Shown here: in pieces, positions 1 to 7,364 of the stretch
Layout of the letters: every line of letters begins with the position of its first letter
Position numbering within the stretch: the stretch's first letter is position 1
From: Capsulimonadales bacterium
GTDB taxonomy: Bacteria; Armatimonadota; Armatimonadia; Armatimonadales; Armatimonadaceae
Reading direction: 5' to 3'
Length of the DNA: 23,397 nucleotides
Assembly (NCBI GenBank): GCA_033762295.1
Contig: JANRLW010000050.1
Location: 1 to 23,397 of the forward strand
Position numbers and translations under genes: made by a program
The notes under the pieces: generated by a model
Told to the model about the DNA's origin: nothing
Seen by the model: only the letters and a program-made list of their open reading frames with translations
Databases searched by the model: none

Positions 1-339
1 GCGGATGTCGCCAACAGCAAGTACTCCCAGTTCCCCTGGGGCATCGGTCCTCCGGTCGCGGCGTACGGAACGGTCGGTTATTTCGCCATTATCGCATTTG
101 CCTTCGCACGGACCTTGCCGCAGATGGCCGACAGGGATAAACTCTTGCTTGGTTTGAACGTTCTGCTGGCGGCGATCGGTACGGTTGCGTCCCTCTCGCT
201 GACCTACGCGGAGGCGTTCCTGATCCATGCCTGGTGCAAGTGGTGCGTCGGCTCGCAGATCATCATGCTCTGCCTGCTCGGACTGACCCTGACCGAATGG
301 TTCACCTATAAATCGAGGAAGGTAGCGGAGCAAGCATGA
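1..339 (+). CDS. Vitamin K epoxide reductase (VKOR) family disulfide-bond formation membrane protein, 5'-truncated by window edge
   Basis: Frame 1 is open from base 1 (ADVANSKYSQFPWGIGPPVAAYGTVGY...), upstream of the track's 115 start. It has the VKOR-like 'V..S.YS' and 'PVA..G..GY' segments, hydrophobic helices and the redox motif 'AWCKWC' at the start of the last TM. The stop overlaps the DsbA start (ATGA). Confidence 0.9.
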   Translation, partial: ADVANSKYSQFPWGIGPPVAAYGTVGYFAIIAFAFARTLPQMADRDKLLLGLNVLLAAIGTVASLSLTYAEAFLIHAWCKWCVGSQIIMLCLLGLTLTEWFTYKSRKVAEQA

Positions 340-1019
340 AGGGCAGTGGCGAAACCAAACTGCTGATGATACTCGGGCTGATCGTGGTACTCGGCGTCGG
401 CGCGATGTTCCTGTTGAACAGGATGTCCCCGACGGACGCGACACCGACCCCGCCCCCGACGCCAAAACCGTTCGCCTGGACCGACGAGACCTTCAATCAG
501 TTGACGAAGGACGCGCCGAACGTTCTGGACGCGCCGAACGCGACCGTGACCATCGTCGAGTTCGCCGATTTTGAGTGTGCTTCCTGCCGTCGCGCGTTCA
601 GCGGCGTCCTGGAAAAGCTGAAGAAGGAGAAACTCGCCCGGTTTCACTTCCGACACCTCCCGCTGGTGGAAATTCATCAACGCGCCATGCCCGCAGCGAT
701 GGCGGTCGAGGCGGCGGGAAAACAGGGCAAGTTCTGGGAGATGTACGACAAACTGTTCGAGGGTGAGAAGACGGAACTCACCGATGCGTACATCGAAAAG
801 TCCGCGAAAGGCATCGGTCTTGACATGGCGAAGTTCAAGGCCGATCTGATCGATCCCGCATCGAAGGCGCGGATCGAAAAGGACATCAAGGCGGCCGAGG
901 AGTTCCGGATCGTCAGTACGCCGACCTTCATCATAAAGGATGCCAAAGGAACCTATACCCAGGTGGTCGGCTCCGACGCATTGAAGGCGGCATTGCTAAA
1001 GAGCGGGATCGCGCTTTAG
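336..1019 (+). CDS. DsbA-family thiol-disulfide oxidoreductase, N-terminally membrane anchored
   Basis: N-terminal TM, Pro/Thr linker, 'VEFADFECASC' CxxC, 'FRHLPL..IH..A..AA', 'QGKFWEMYD.LF' and cis-Pro loop 'STPTF'; coupled to VKOR. Confidence 0.92.
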   Translation: MKGSGETKLLMILGLIVVLGVGAMFLLNRMSPTDATPTPPPTPKPFAWTDETFNQLTKDAPNVLDAPNATVTIVEFADFECASCRRAFSGVLEKLKKEKLARFHFRHLPLVEIHQRAMPAAMAVEAAGKQGKFWEMYDKLFEGEKTELTDAYIEKSAKGIGLDMAKFKADLIDPASKARIEKDIKAAEEFRIVSTPTFIIKDAKGTYTQVVGSDALKAALLKSGIAL

Positions 1020-1023
1020 GCGA

Positions 1024-1713
1024 ATGTCGGAGGAGCGGACCTTTCTCCTCGTTCGTCACGGGGAGACGACCTACAACGCCGAGGGACGGTTTCAGGGAGA
1101 GCGGGATATCCCGCTCTCCGAAGTCGGTCGGGCGCAGGCCCGCGCGCTGCGCGATCGGCTGACGACGGCCTGGGAGGCGTACCCGCCGCTTCTGCCCGGT
1201 CCACCCGCCGCCTGCTACGCTTCCCCCCTCTCGCGCGCCGACGAGACCGCGCGCATTCTGGTCGAAGCGCTCCCCGCGCCGGCGGAAATCCGCTCGATTC
1301 CCCTGCTCCGCGAACGTAGTTACGGAAGCTGGGAGGGGATGACCACCGGGGAGATCCGGTCCCGATTCGGGCCGCACGCCACGCCGGACGACGCCGAACC
1401 TTTGGAAACGGTCCGCCAGCGGATAGAGGAAGCCTATGAACGTATCCGTCGGGAGACCGCCGAGTTGACCGACCGAGGCGTTGTGCTGGTCGTCGGCCAT
1501 GGCGGATCGCTTCGATTCTTCCTGTCGGTGGCTCTGGGGCTGTCGGCGGACGCCGTTCGCCGTTTCCAGCTGGATAACACCGGCCTGTCCGTGCTGACGA
1601 TCCGCGAACGCGACGATGGCGAACGCGACGGTCGGCTGGTTTTCTGGAACGATACCGCTCATCTGGCTCCCCTCGGCTACCTCGAACGCCCGCGTGCCAC
1701 ACCGCCCCGGTGA
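1024..1713 (+). CDS. Histidine phosphatase (phosphoglycerate mutase-like) family protein
   Basis: 'LVRHGET..N', 'SPLSRA', 'LRERSYGSWEG', 'VVGHGG', 'LDNTGLS' and 'WNDTAHL' motifs. Confidence 0.93.
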   Translation: MSEERTFLLVRHGETTYNAEGRFQGERDIPLSEVGRAQARALRDRLTTAWEAYPPLLPGPPAACYASPLSRADETARILVEALPAPAEIRSIPLLRERSYGSWEGMTTGEIRSRFGPHATPDDAEPLETVRQRIEEAYERIRRETAELTDRGVVLVVGHGGSLRFFLSVALGLSADAVRRFQLDNTGLSVLTIRERDDGERDGRLVFWNDTAHLAPLGYLERPRATPPR

Positions 1714-1779
1714 CGGTTTCGACCCGTGAGACAGTGTTCGACAGGGTTGGATGGGCGGGATTCGGGGTAAAAAGTACGG

Positions 1780-4686
1780 ATGATCAACCAATGGCTTCTG
1801 ATGGTCGGACTGCTCGTCAACGGCGCGGCGACGTTCGCGCAGGCTCCTCGTGTCGCGGTCTTCGCCCAGCCTGACTTCCCGTACTACGGAGTGAATTCGC
1901 AGGTTACCCCGGAACGAATCGCCGAGGATTTGCGGGCGGCCGGAATCGCCGCCGATCTCTGCGACGGGGCGGCGCTGAGCGATGCGAATCGCATGAATGC
2001 CCGCCGGTATACCACGGTGATCCTTCCCTATGGTAACACCTTTCCGGTGGAGGCGTTCACCAACCTGCGTCGATTTCACCGGGAGGGCGGGTCCTTGACT
2101 CTGACCGGGATTCCGTTCACCCATCCGGCCGAGCGACTTTCGGCGAAGGAGTGGGACGCGACGCCCGGCTGGGGCCAGGACCTTCGGGTCGTTACCGGGG
2201 ACGCCGTTCCGGACGGTGGGGGCCGTGCGGCGGTTCGGGTTCGGGTGGGCGAGGAACGCTGGACCGGATTGACCTCGGCCCGCTTTCCGGTGCTGCCCCG
2301 TCAGTCGGTGGAGGCCAGGGTATCCGCCCGGGAAGTTACCCCGCGAACGACCGACGTCTCCGGCGGGGAAGGGCGGCAGGATGATCTGTTTATCCGGTTC
2401 TTCGACGGACAGGGCAAATACCTTGAGCAGACGGGCGTCATGATGAACGCGCCGTCGGGCCGGTGGGCGGCGTTTCGAGGACGGGCCACGGTCCCGGCGA
2501 ACGCCGTCGCTGCCGATGTCTCGGCGCAGTTGCATCGAACGGGTCGGCAGATCCTGCTGAAGGATTTTGTTGTCACCGTCGATGGAAAAGCGGTTCCCCT
2601 CCCCAATGCCGATTTCGCGCGGCGCGGCGCGGCGTATGTCGATCTCGGTCACGACGGTGACCGGGCGCTTTGGACGGCGACCGGGATCGGGGTGGGCGGT
2701 TTCGCCGGACCGGATACCGACGGAAAACCGGTCCGTGTGTCGGCAGGCGACCCGTTCCGGTTGTCCGGCGTGCTGAAGGAGAGTACGGCAACGTTCCAAA
2801 GGGCGCAGTGGCTGGACCCGGCATCGGTCCCCTCCGGAGTGCGGGTCATCCCGGCGGTGGGCGATCGACGCCGTCCCGTAATGGCGTTGATCGTTCATGA
2901 GAACGATGCCTTCCGTGGCGCGGTCGATGCCTGGACCTACTTTGTACCGGAGGCCGGAGACCGCGAGGAGTACGAGACGCGACAGGCGATCGTTCGTGGC
3001 ACCATCGCGGCTCTGGAACGGAAAGGACGGCTCAACCGGGCGCAGGCGCGTCGCGCCTTCGCCGCCCTCGACGCCCGGCCACGCCCGCCGGTCTATGCGG
3101 GACTGGTACTGCCGGAGGTTCCACGGCGTTACGAAACCTTTCAGCCGAAGATGGCGCCGCCGTCCCGCCATCTCCGCGTCGCCGATGTACGCAAACTCCG
3201 CCGCGAGGAGCGGACCCTGCTTCTCTGTCTGCAGGGACTGGTCAATCGGAAGGAACCGCGAATCTATTTTATCTTCGATGACGCCGACGAGTTCTGGCGA
3301 ACGGAATTGCAGCGACAGAGGGCGACGGACGATCCGATCGCGGTGTCCGATCCCTTCTCGCTGCTGGAAACGTTCAAAGGAGAGTTCCGTGGCGCGGTGG
3401 TCGCCGATCCGAAGGTGTATGCGTCCGCCTGCGTCGCCCTGTCCATTGCCGGTACGGAGAACCTGCTGTTCGCGACGCCCGAACTGGCGGCGCGTTTCGG
3501 AATTCCGATCGTGACCGACCTGCGCGGCCGTTTTCGCGACAACGCCGGGGCGATGCGTTATCTGCGGCAACAGGTCTACCCCCGCTCCGATCCCTATCTA
3601 ACCTGCAGTCTGGACCCGGCGATCTACGGAGAAACGGGCGGTATCGACCAGATTGTCGCGGCCCGTGGGACGGCGTTCTGGATTACCGGGCCGAAATCGC
3701 AGGGGAGAATTCCCGGCGCGGATCAGGCGGCGGAAATGGCCGAGCTTCGGGCCTGGTTTGCGGCGATGCCACTGGGCGCGGTCGTCCGGGGCTTCTGGTG
3801 GCACGGAGACGGTGTCGGACTGGCGGAGGACGAGGGCGTCGCCCTCGGAAGCCGGTTCGGGAAGGTGACGCTGGTCAGTGACCTGATTAACAACCTTTCG
3901 GTGCATAGCGGGGTTCGTCCGGAACGGTTATTGCAAAAAGAGAGACCGAAACCGCCCGCACTGGATCGGACGAAGGTCTATCTGGCGTTCACCATGTCGG
4001 ACGGAGACAATCTCTGTACCTGGCGGGAGTATTTCCGTCGGTATTTCAATGATCCGTTGCGCGGGACGTTTCCGATCGGTTGGGGGATGGGGCCGACACT
4101 GATCGATCTCGCGCCGACCTGGGTCCGATGGTATTACGAGCAGGCGACGCCTAACGACGAGTTTATCTGTGATGTTTCCGGTGTCGCGTACATCTACCCG
4201 CCGTCGTGGGCGACGGCGCTGAAAGATAGGGACGGGGCATTTCGCTGGTTCTACGGCCGGACGCAGGAGTACCTGGAACGCATGGATATGCGGACGATCC
4301 GGTTGATGAACGTCGGCGCGAAGGAAATTGCGGACGTCGCGACCCTGATGCCGCGCATCGATTTCCTGATGCCCGACTACGGTTACGCCGGGGTACGAAC
4401 CTATACGGAAATGACGTACCGGTTACCGGGAGGGACGTCGGTGTTTCGGGCGGCGACAGCCGGACGGGGTCCGCGTAATCTCGCGGATCAGATTCGGGAG
4501 CGGGTGGCGAAGGCTCCTCGCCCGGCGTTTTTGAATGCCTTTATATGGAACTGGGGGTCGTCGCTGGCCGATCTGAAACAGGTGCTGGACCTGCTAGGGC
4601 CGGAGTTTGTGGCAGTGACGCCATCGCAGCTGGCGGCATTATATCGGGAAGCCCGAACGACGACCGGCGAGGGAAACCCGCCATGA
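1780..4686 (+). CDS. Secreted GxGYxYP-family putative glycoside hydrolase/carbohydrate-active protein with additional N-terminal domains
   Basis: Signal peptide ending 'ATFA-Q'. The C-terminal half has 'LQGLVNRKEPRIY', 'NLSVHSG', 'FTMSDGDN' (3997-4011), 'PIGW' and 'SGVAYIYP' (4177-4200), typical of the GxGYxYP family. 968 aa. Confidence 0.8.
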   Translation: MINQWLLMVGLLVNGAATFAQAPRVAVFAQPDFPYYGVNSQVTPERIAEDLRAAGIAADLCDGAALSDANRMNARRYTTVILPYGNTFPVEAFTNLRRFHREGGSLTLTGIPFTHPAERLSAKEWDATPGWGQDLRVVTGDAVPDGGGRAAVRVRVGEERWTGLTSARFPVLPRQSVEARVSAREVTPRTTDVSGGEGRQDDLFIRFFDGQGKYLEQTGVMMNAPSGRWAAFRGRATVPANAVAADVSAQLHRTGRQILLKDFVVTVDGKAVPLPNADFARRGAAYVDLGHDGDRALWTATGIGVGGFAGPDTDGKPVRVSAGDPFRLSGVLKESTATFQRAQWLDPASVPSGVRVIPAVGDRRRPVMALIVHENDAFRGAVDAWTYFVPEAGDREEYETRQAIVRGTIAALERKGRLNRAQARRAFAALDARPRPPVYAGLVLPEVPRRYETFQPKMAPPSRHLRVADVRKLRREERTLLLCLQGLVNRKEPRIYFIFDDADEFWRTELQRQRATDDPIAVSDPFSLLETFKGEFRGAVVADPKVYASACVALSIAGTENLLFATPELAARFGIPIVTDLRGRFRDNAGAMRYLRQQVYPRSDPYLTCSLDPAIYGETGGIDQIVAARGTAFWITGPKSQGRIPGADQAAEMAELRAWFAAMPLGAVVRGFWWHGDGVGLAEDEGVALGSRFGKVTLVSDLINNLSVHSGVRPERLLQKERPKPPALDRTKVYLAFTMSDGDNLCTWREYFRRYFNDPLRGTFPIGWGMGPTLIDLAPTWVRWYYEQATPNDEFICDVSGVAYIYPPSWATALKDRDGAFRWFYGRTQEYLERMDMRTIRLMNVGAKEIADVATLMPRIDFLMPDYGYAGVRTYTEMTYRLPGGTSVFRAATAGRGPRNLADQIRERVAKAPRPAFLNAFIWNWGSSLADLKQVLDLLGPEFVAVTPSQLAALYREARTTTGEGNPP

Positions 4687-4703
4687 GGGGGCGGAACGCC
4701 CCC
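4687..4703 (+). terminator. GC-rich hairpin directly after the stop codon; possible terminator or mRNA-stabilising stem
   Basis: GGGGGCG-GAA-CGCCCCC, a perfect 7-bp stem; no U-tract follows, so intrinsic termination is doubtful. Confidence 0.35.
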
Positions 4704-4755
4704 CGGACAACGGTGTATGACAATCGGTAAGGGACGCGTAAGGAACGGAATCTCC

Positions 4756-5814
4756 ATGACCACGATGAAAGCGATAGTGAAGACCGAGCAGGGGCCGGGG
4801 GCGGAACTTCGGGAAGTTCCGATTCCCTCCGTGCCCCGGGACGGCGTTCTGGTTCGAATCAAGTCGGTTTCCATTTGTGGAACCGATTTTCACGTTTACA
4901 GCTGGGACGCCTGGGCCGCGGGCCGTGTGAAGTCGCCGGTCATCATGGGCCACGAATGGGCGGGCGAGGTCGTGGAGGTCGGTTCCGAGGTAACCAGTCT
5001 GGCCGTCGGCGATTTTGTCTCCGGTGAGTCGCACAAAATCTGCGGACACTGCCTGCAGTGCCGGACGGGGCAGGGGCATGTCTGCCGCAACACCCGCATC
5101 TTCGGCGTCGATACCGACGGCTGCTTCGCCGAGTATTTCGCGGTTCCGGAGGCGAGCGTTCTGAAGAACGATCGGCGGGTTCCACCGGAGATCGCCTGTC
5201 TGCAGGACCCGCTCGGGAACGCCGTTCATGCCGCCCTGGTCGGAGAGATTATCGGGAAGTCGGTCGCCATCTCCGGTTGCGGGCCGATCGGACTTTTTGC
5301 GATCGCTGTCTGTAAGGCGGTCGGCGCGGGACCGGTGATCGCATCGGACGCGTCCGAGTTCCGGCTGAAACTGGCATGTCGGCTCGGAACGGATACGGTC
5401 GTCCACGTTCCCGGGGAAGACATGGAGGCCGTCGTCGCCGAACGGACGGACGGTCAGGGCGTCGATGTCGTTCTGGAAATGTCCGGCGCGCCGTCAGCCA
5501 TACAACAGGCGATGCGGTTGGCCCGGCCCGGCGGAAGGGTATCCCTGATGGGGATACCCTCCCGGAGCGTGAGCCTGGATGTGGCGGAGGACATCATTTT
5601 CCGGGGCCTGACCGTTCACGGGGTGGTCGGACGTCGGCTCTATGACACCTGGTACACCATGAAAGCGCTACTGGCGTCCGGAAAACTGGACGTTTCTCCG
5701 ATTCTGACCCATCGGTTCCCGCTGGAGCGGTATGCCGAGGGGATGGAGTTGATGCGCTCGGGCCGCTGCGGCAAAGTGGTTCTGCACGTTACCGACGGTC
5801 CCGATTCCGTTTGA
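4756..5814 (+). CDS. tdh: L-threonine 3-dehydrogenase (zinc-dependent MDR family)
   Basis: 'MKAIVK', 'SICGTDFH', 'W..WA..R', 'GHE', 'VSGESH..CGHC..CRTG..HVC', 'DPLGNAVH', 'GCGPIG', 'VLEMSG', 'GRRLYDTWY', 'THRFPL' and 'GKVVL'. The start is probably ATG 4756 or 4765 rather than the track's 4717. Confidence 0.93.
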   Translation: MTTMKAIVKTEQGPGAELREVPIPSVPRDGVLVRIKSVSICGTDFHVYSWDAWAAGRVKSPVIMGHEWAGEVVEVGSEVTSLAVGDFVSGESHKICGHCLQCRTGQGHVCRNTRIFGVDTDGCFAEYFAVPEASVLKNDRRVPPEIACLQDPLGNAVHAALVGEIIGKSVAISGCGPIGLFAIAVCKAVGAGPVIASDASEFRLKLACRLGTDTVVHVPGEDMEAVVAERTDGQGVDVVLEMSGAPSAIQQAMRLARPGGRVSLMGIPSRSVSLDVAEDIIFRGLTVHGVVGRRLYDTWYTMKALLASGKLDVSPILTHRFPLERYAEGMELMRSGRCGKVVLHVTDGPDSV

Positions 5815-5837
5815 TTCCGACGGTTCGTCGCCGGAAC

Positions 5838-6116
5838 TTAACGGTGGGAATATTGCCGCGATTCCGCTTCGGCGGAACGCTGCGTTCGCGGAGCATTGCC
5901 TGTCGGGGCATCTTCGGGAAAGAATTCGCGCGGATCGGTCGGCGCGGAACGTTTCCCTCCGGGGCAGGCGTGGATCGGACCCAGTCGCGTCGGGTCCAGT
6001 GCGGCCTCCTCCGGCATCCGTTGTTCGTCCGCCGCTCCTGGCGAACGGGTCTCCTCATTGAGGTCGTCGGACCAGCGACGGCCTCCAACTTTTGAATCGT
6101 CCGAATCGCTACGCAT
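5838..6116 (-). CDS. Small hydrophilic hypothetical protein (92 aa)
   Basis: Fills the gap between tdh and the AT-rich region without overlap. Perfect AGGAGG Shine-Dalgarno (plus-strand 6126-6131) lies 9 nt before the ATG, and an extended -10-like TGcCATAAT lies upstream. No recognisable domain. Confidence 0.5.
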   Translation of the reverse strand: MRSDSDDSKVGGRRWSDDLNEETRSPGAADEQRMPEEAALDPTRLGPIHACPGGKRSAPTDPREFFPEDAPTGNAPRTQRSAEAESRQYSHR

Positions 6117-6154
6117 CGATGTCTCCCTCCTCCCTGCCGGGCAGGGGTGTAGAG

Positions 6155-6163
6155 ATTATGGCA
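6155..6163 (-). promoter_or_regulatory. Candidate extended -10 promoter element (TGnCATAAT) for the 5838-6116 ORF
   Basis: Minus strand reads TGCCATAAT about 40 nt upstream of the ATG; no convincing -35. Confidence 0.35.
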
Positions 6164-6275
6164 GAGTTACCGGTACTTAATCGACAGTATATCGCCTCCC
6201 GACGAGAAATCGGATTGATACTAAAAGAATAAATTACACTTGTATCGCCCGTAAAAAGCAGACAAAGATACTATG

Positions 6276-6303
6276 TAAAGATTCGCGATACTCCGGTCGA
6301 TAA
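6276..6303 (+). promoter_or_regulatory. Candidate sigma-28 (FliA/SigD/WhiG)-type promoter for the PEP-CTERM/exosortase cluster
   Basis: TAAA(6276-6279)-N16-GTCGATAA(6296-6303) versus consensus TAAA-N15/16-GCCGATAA; one mismatch. Confidence 0.5.
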
Positions 6304-6416
6304 TGATCCTGACCCCGTCAGGAAAATGCCGTCAGCTTTACCGGAAATCCGCTCCTTTCGGCGAAACGCCCACGTTTTAACTGAGATTTAACGGCAGGTC
6401 TTTATATCTGAGACAT

Positions 6417-7319
6417 ATGAGAAATCCGAACCTACGAGATTGCACCCGTCGGTCGCGGGAGAGAAGCGGGAAAAGTGCGAATCGCGTTTTTCTCTCGCTG
6501 GTCGCCGCTTCCGTTTTCGGGACAGCCGTCCTCGCACAGACCGATGCGCCGATTCAGTCCTCCGCCCGTCCGTTCGGTCTGAACATTCAGGACAAGGTGA
6601 AGGTCGGCGGCAGCGATACCAAATCGGCGACGTTTCAGAGGAACTACCTATCGAAAATGCGCGAACTGGCGATGCTCAACCTGCCGGAATCGAAACCCCT
6701 CTCCGACGAAACGATCGGTTTGCGGAAGATCGACCCGAACAAGCTGAAGATTTTCAACGATTCCGATGTTCGCGTCTACTTCCTGGGGGAAGGCGCCGGC
6801 TACCGAAACTCCTTCGGATTCAACACGAACGGCGCGGGGGTGACCGGCGGCGACCCGAAACTGCTGTTCCCCGATGCCTCCACGACGGTCGCGAACGGAC
6901 CGAACAATGGTAGCGGGGGCTCGCGGTCGTCGTCCGCGCCGCTGTTGCCCGGTGACTTCGTCGATCTGGGACGGATTACCGGAGGAACGCAGCTCAACTT
7001 CTTCAACATATCGAACGGCGCGACCGGCGGAAACACGGTCTTCTCCACCCAGCATAGCGCCAATCAGGACGGAATGGTCCACGCGGTCGCCTATGCGCTT
7101 CCCGACAGTCCTTACCTGCTGATCGGCTTCGAGGATCTCTGGGGAGGGGGCGATAAGGATTATAACGATGTCCTCTTCACGATCGATATCGGCCTCGCGA
7201 ACGTCGCCAAACTCTCCGGCCCCGAACCGGCCACTCCGTTGATCCTGGGATTGTTCCTGACCATGACCGGGCTGGTCTACCGGCGGCAACGCCGGGCGGA
7301 AGCGTCTGTCCCGAAGTAA
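6417..7319 (+). CDS. DUF4114-domain surface protein with C-terminal PEP-CTERM sorting signal
   Basis: Signal peptide ending 'AVLA-Q'; 'VYFLGEGAGYRNSFGF'; DUF4114-like 'IGFEDLWGGGDKDYNDVLF'; C-terminus 'SGPEP' (PEP at 7221-7229) followed by a hydrophobic helix and the basic cluster 'RRQRR'. Confidence 0.88.
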   Translation: MRNPNLRDCTRRSRERSGKSANRVFLSLVAASVFGTAVLAQTDAPIQSSARPFGLNIQDKVKVGGSDTKSATFQRNYLSKMRELAMLNLPESKPLSDETIGLRKIDPNKLKIFNDSDVRVYFLGEGAGYRNSFGFNTNGAGVTGGDPKLLFPDASTTVANGPNNGSGGSRSSSAPLLPGDFVDLGRITGGTQLNFFNISNGATGGNTVFSTQHSANQDGMVHAVAYALPDSPYLLIGFEDLWGGGDKDYNDVLFTIDIGLANVAKLSGPEPATPLILGLFLTMTGLVYRRQRRAEASVPK

Positions 7320-7364
7320 AGCGGAGTGAAGTCGTCCGGACGTGTCGGGTGAACAGGGGAGATC

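Noticed and set aside
931..3570. 879-aa minus-strand ORF
   Set aside because: Antisense shadow of well-supported plus-strand genes; Arg/Gly/Pro-rich with no motifs, as expected in high-GC DNA.
6158..6176. TGGCAGAG as a possible sigma-54 -24 element
   Set aside because: No TTGC at the -12 position, so it does not fit the consensus.
5811..6180. Plus-strand 94-aa ORFs (5811-6095, 5896-6180)
   Set aside because: No SD or protein-like features; the minus-strand ORF with a perfect SD explains the region better.
6305..6400. Known riboswitch (c-di-GMP-I/II) in the leader
   Set aside because: The conserved core sequences are not recognisable; kept only as an unassigned structured-leader candidate.
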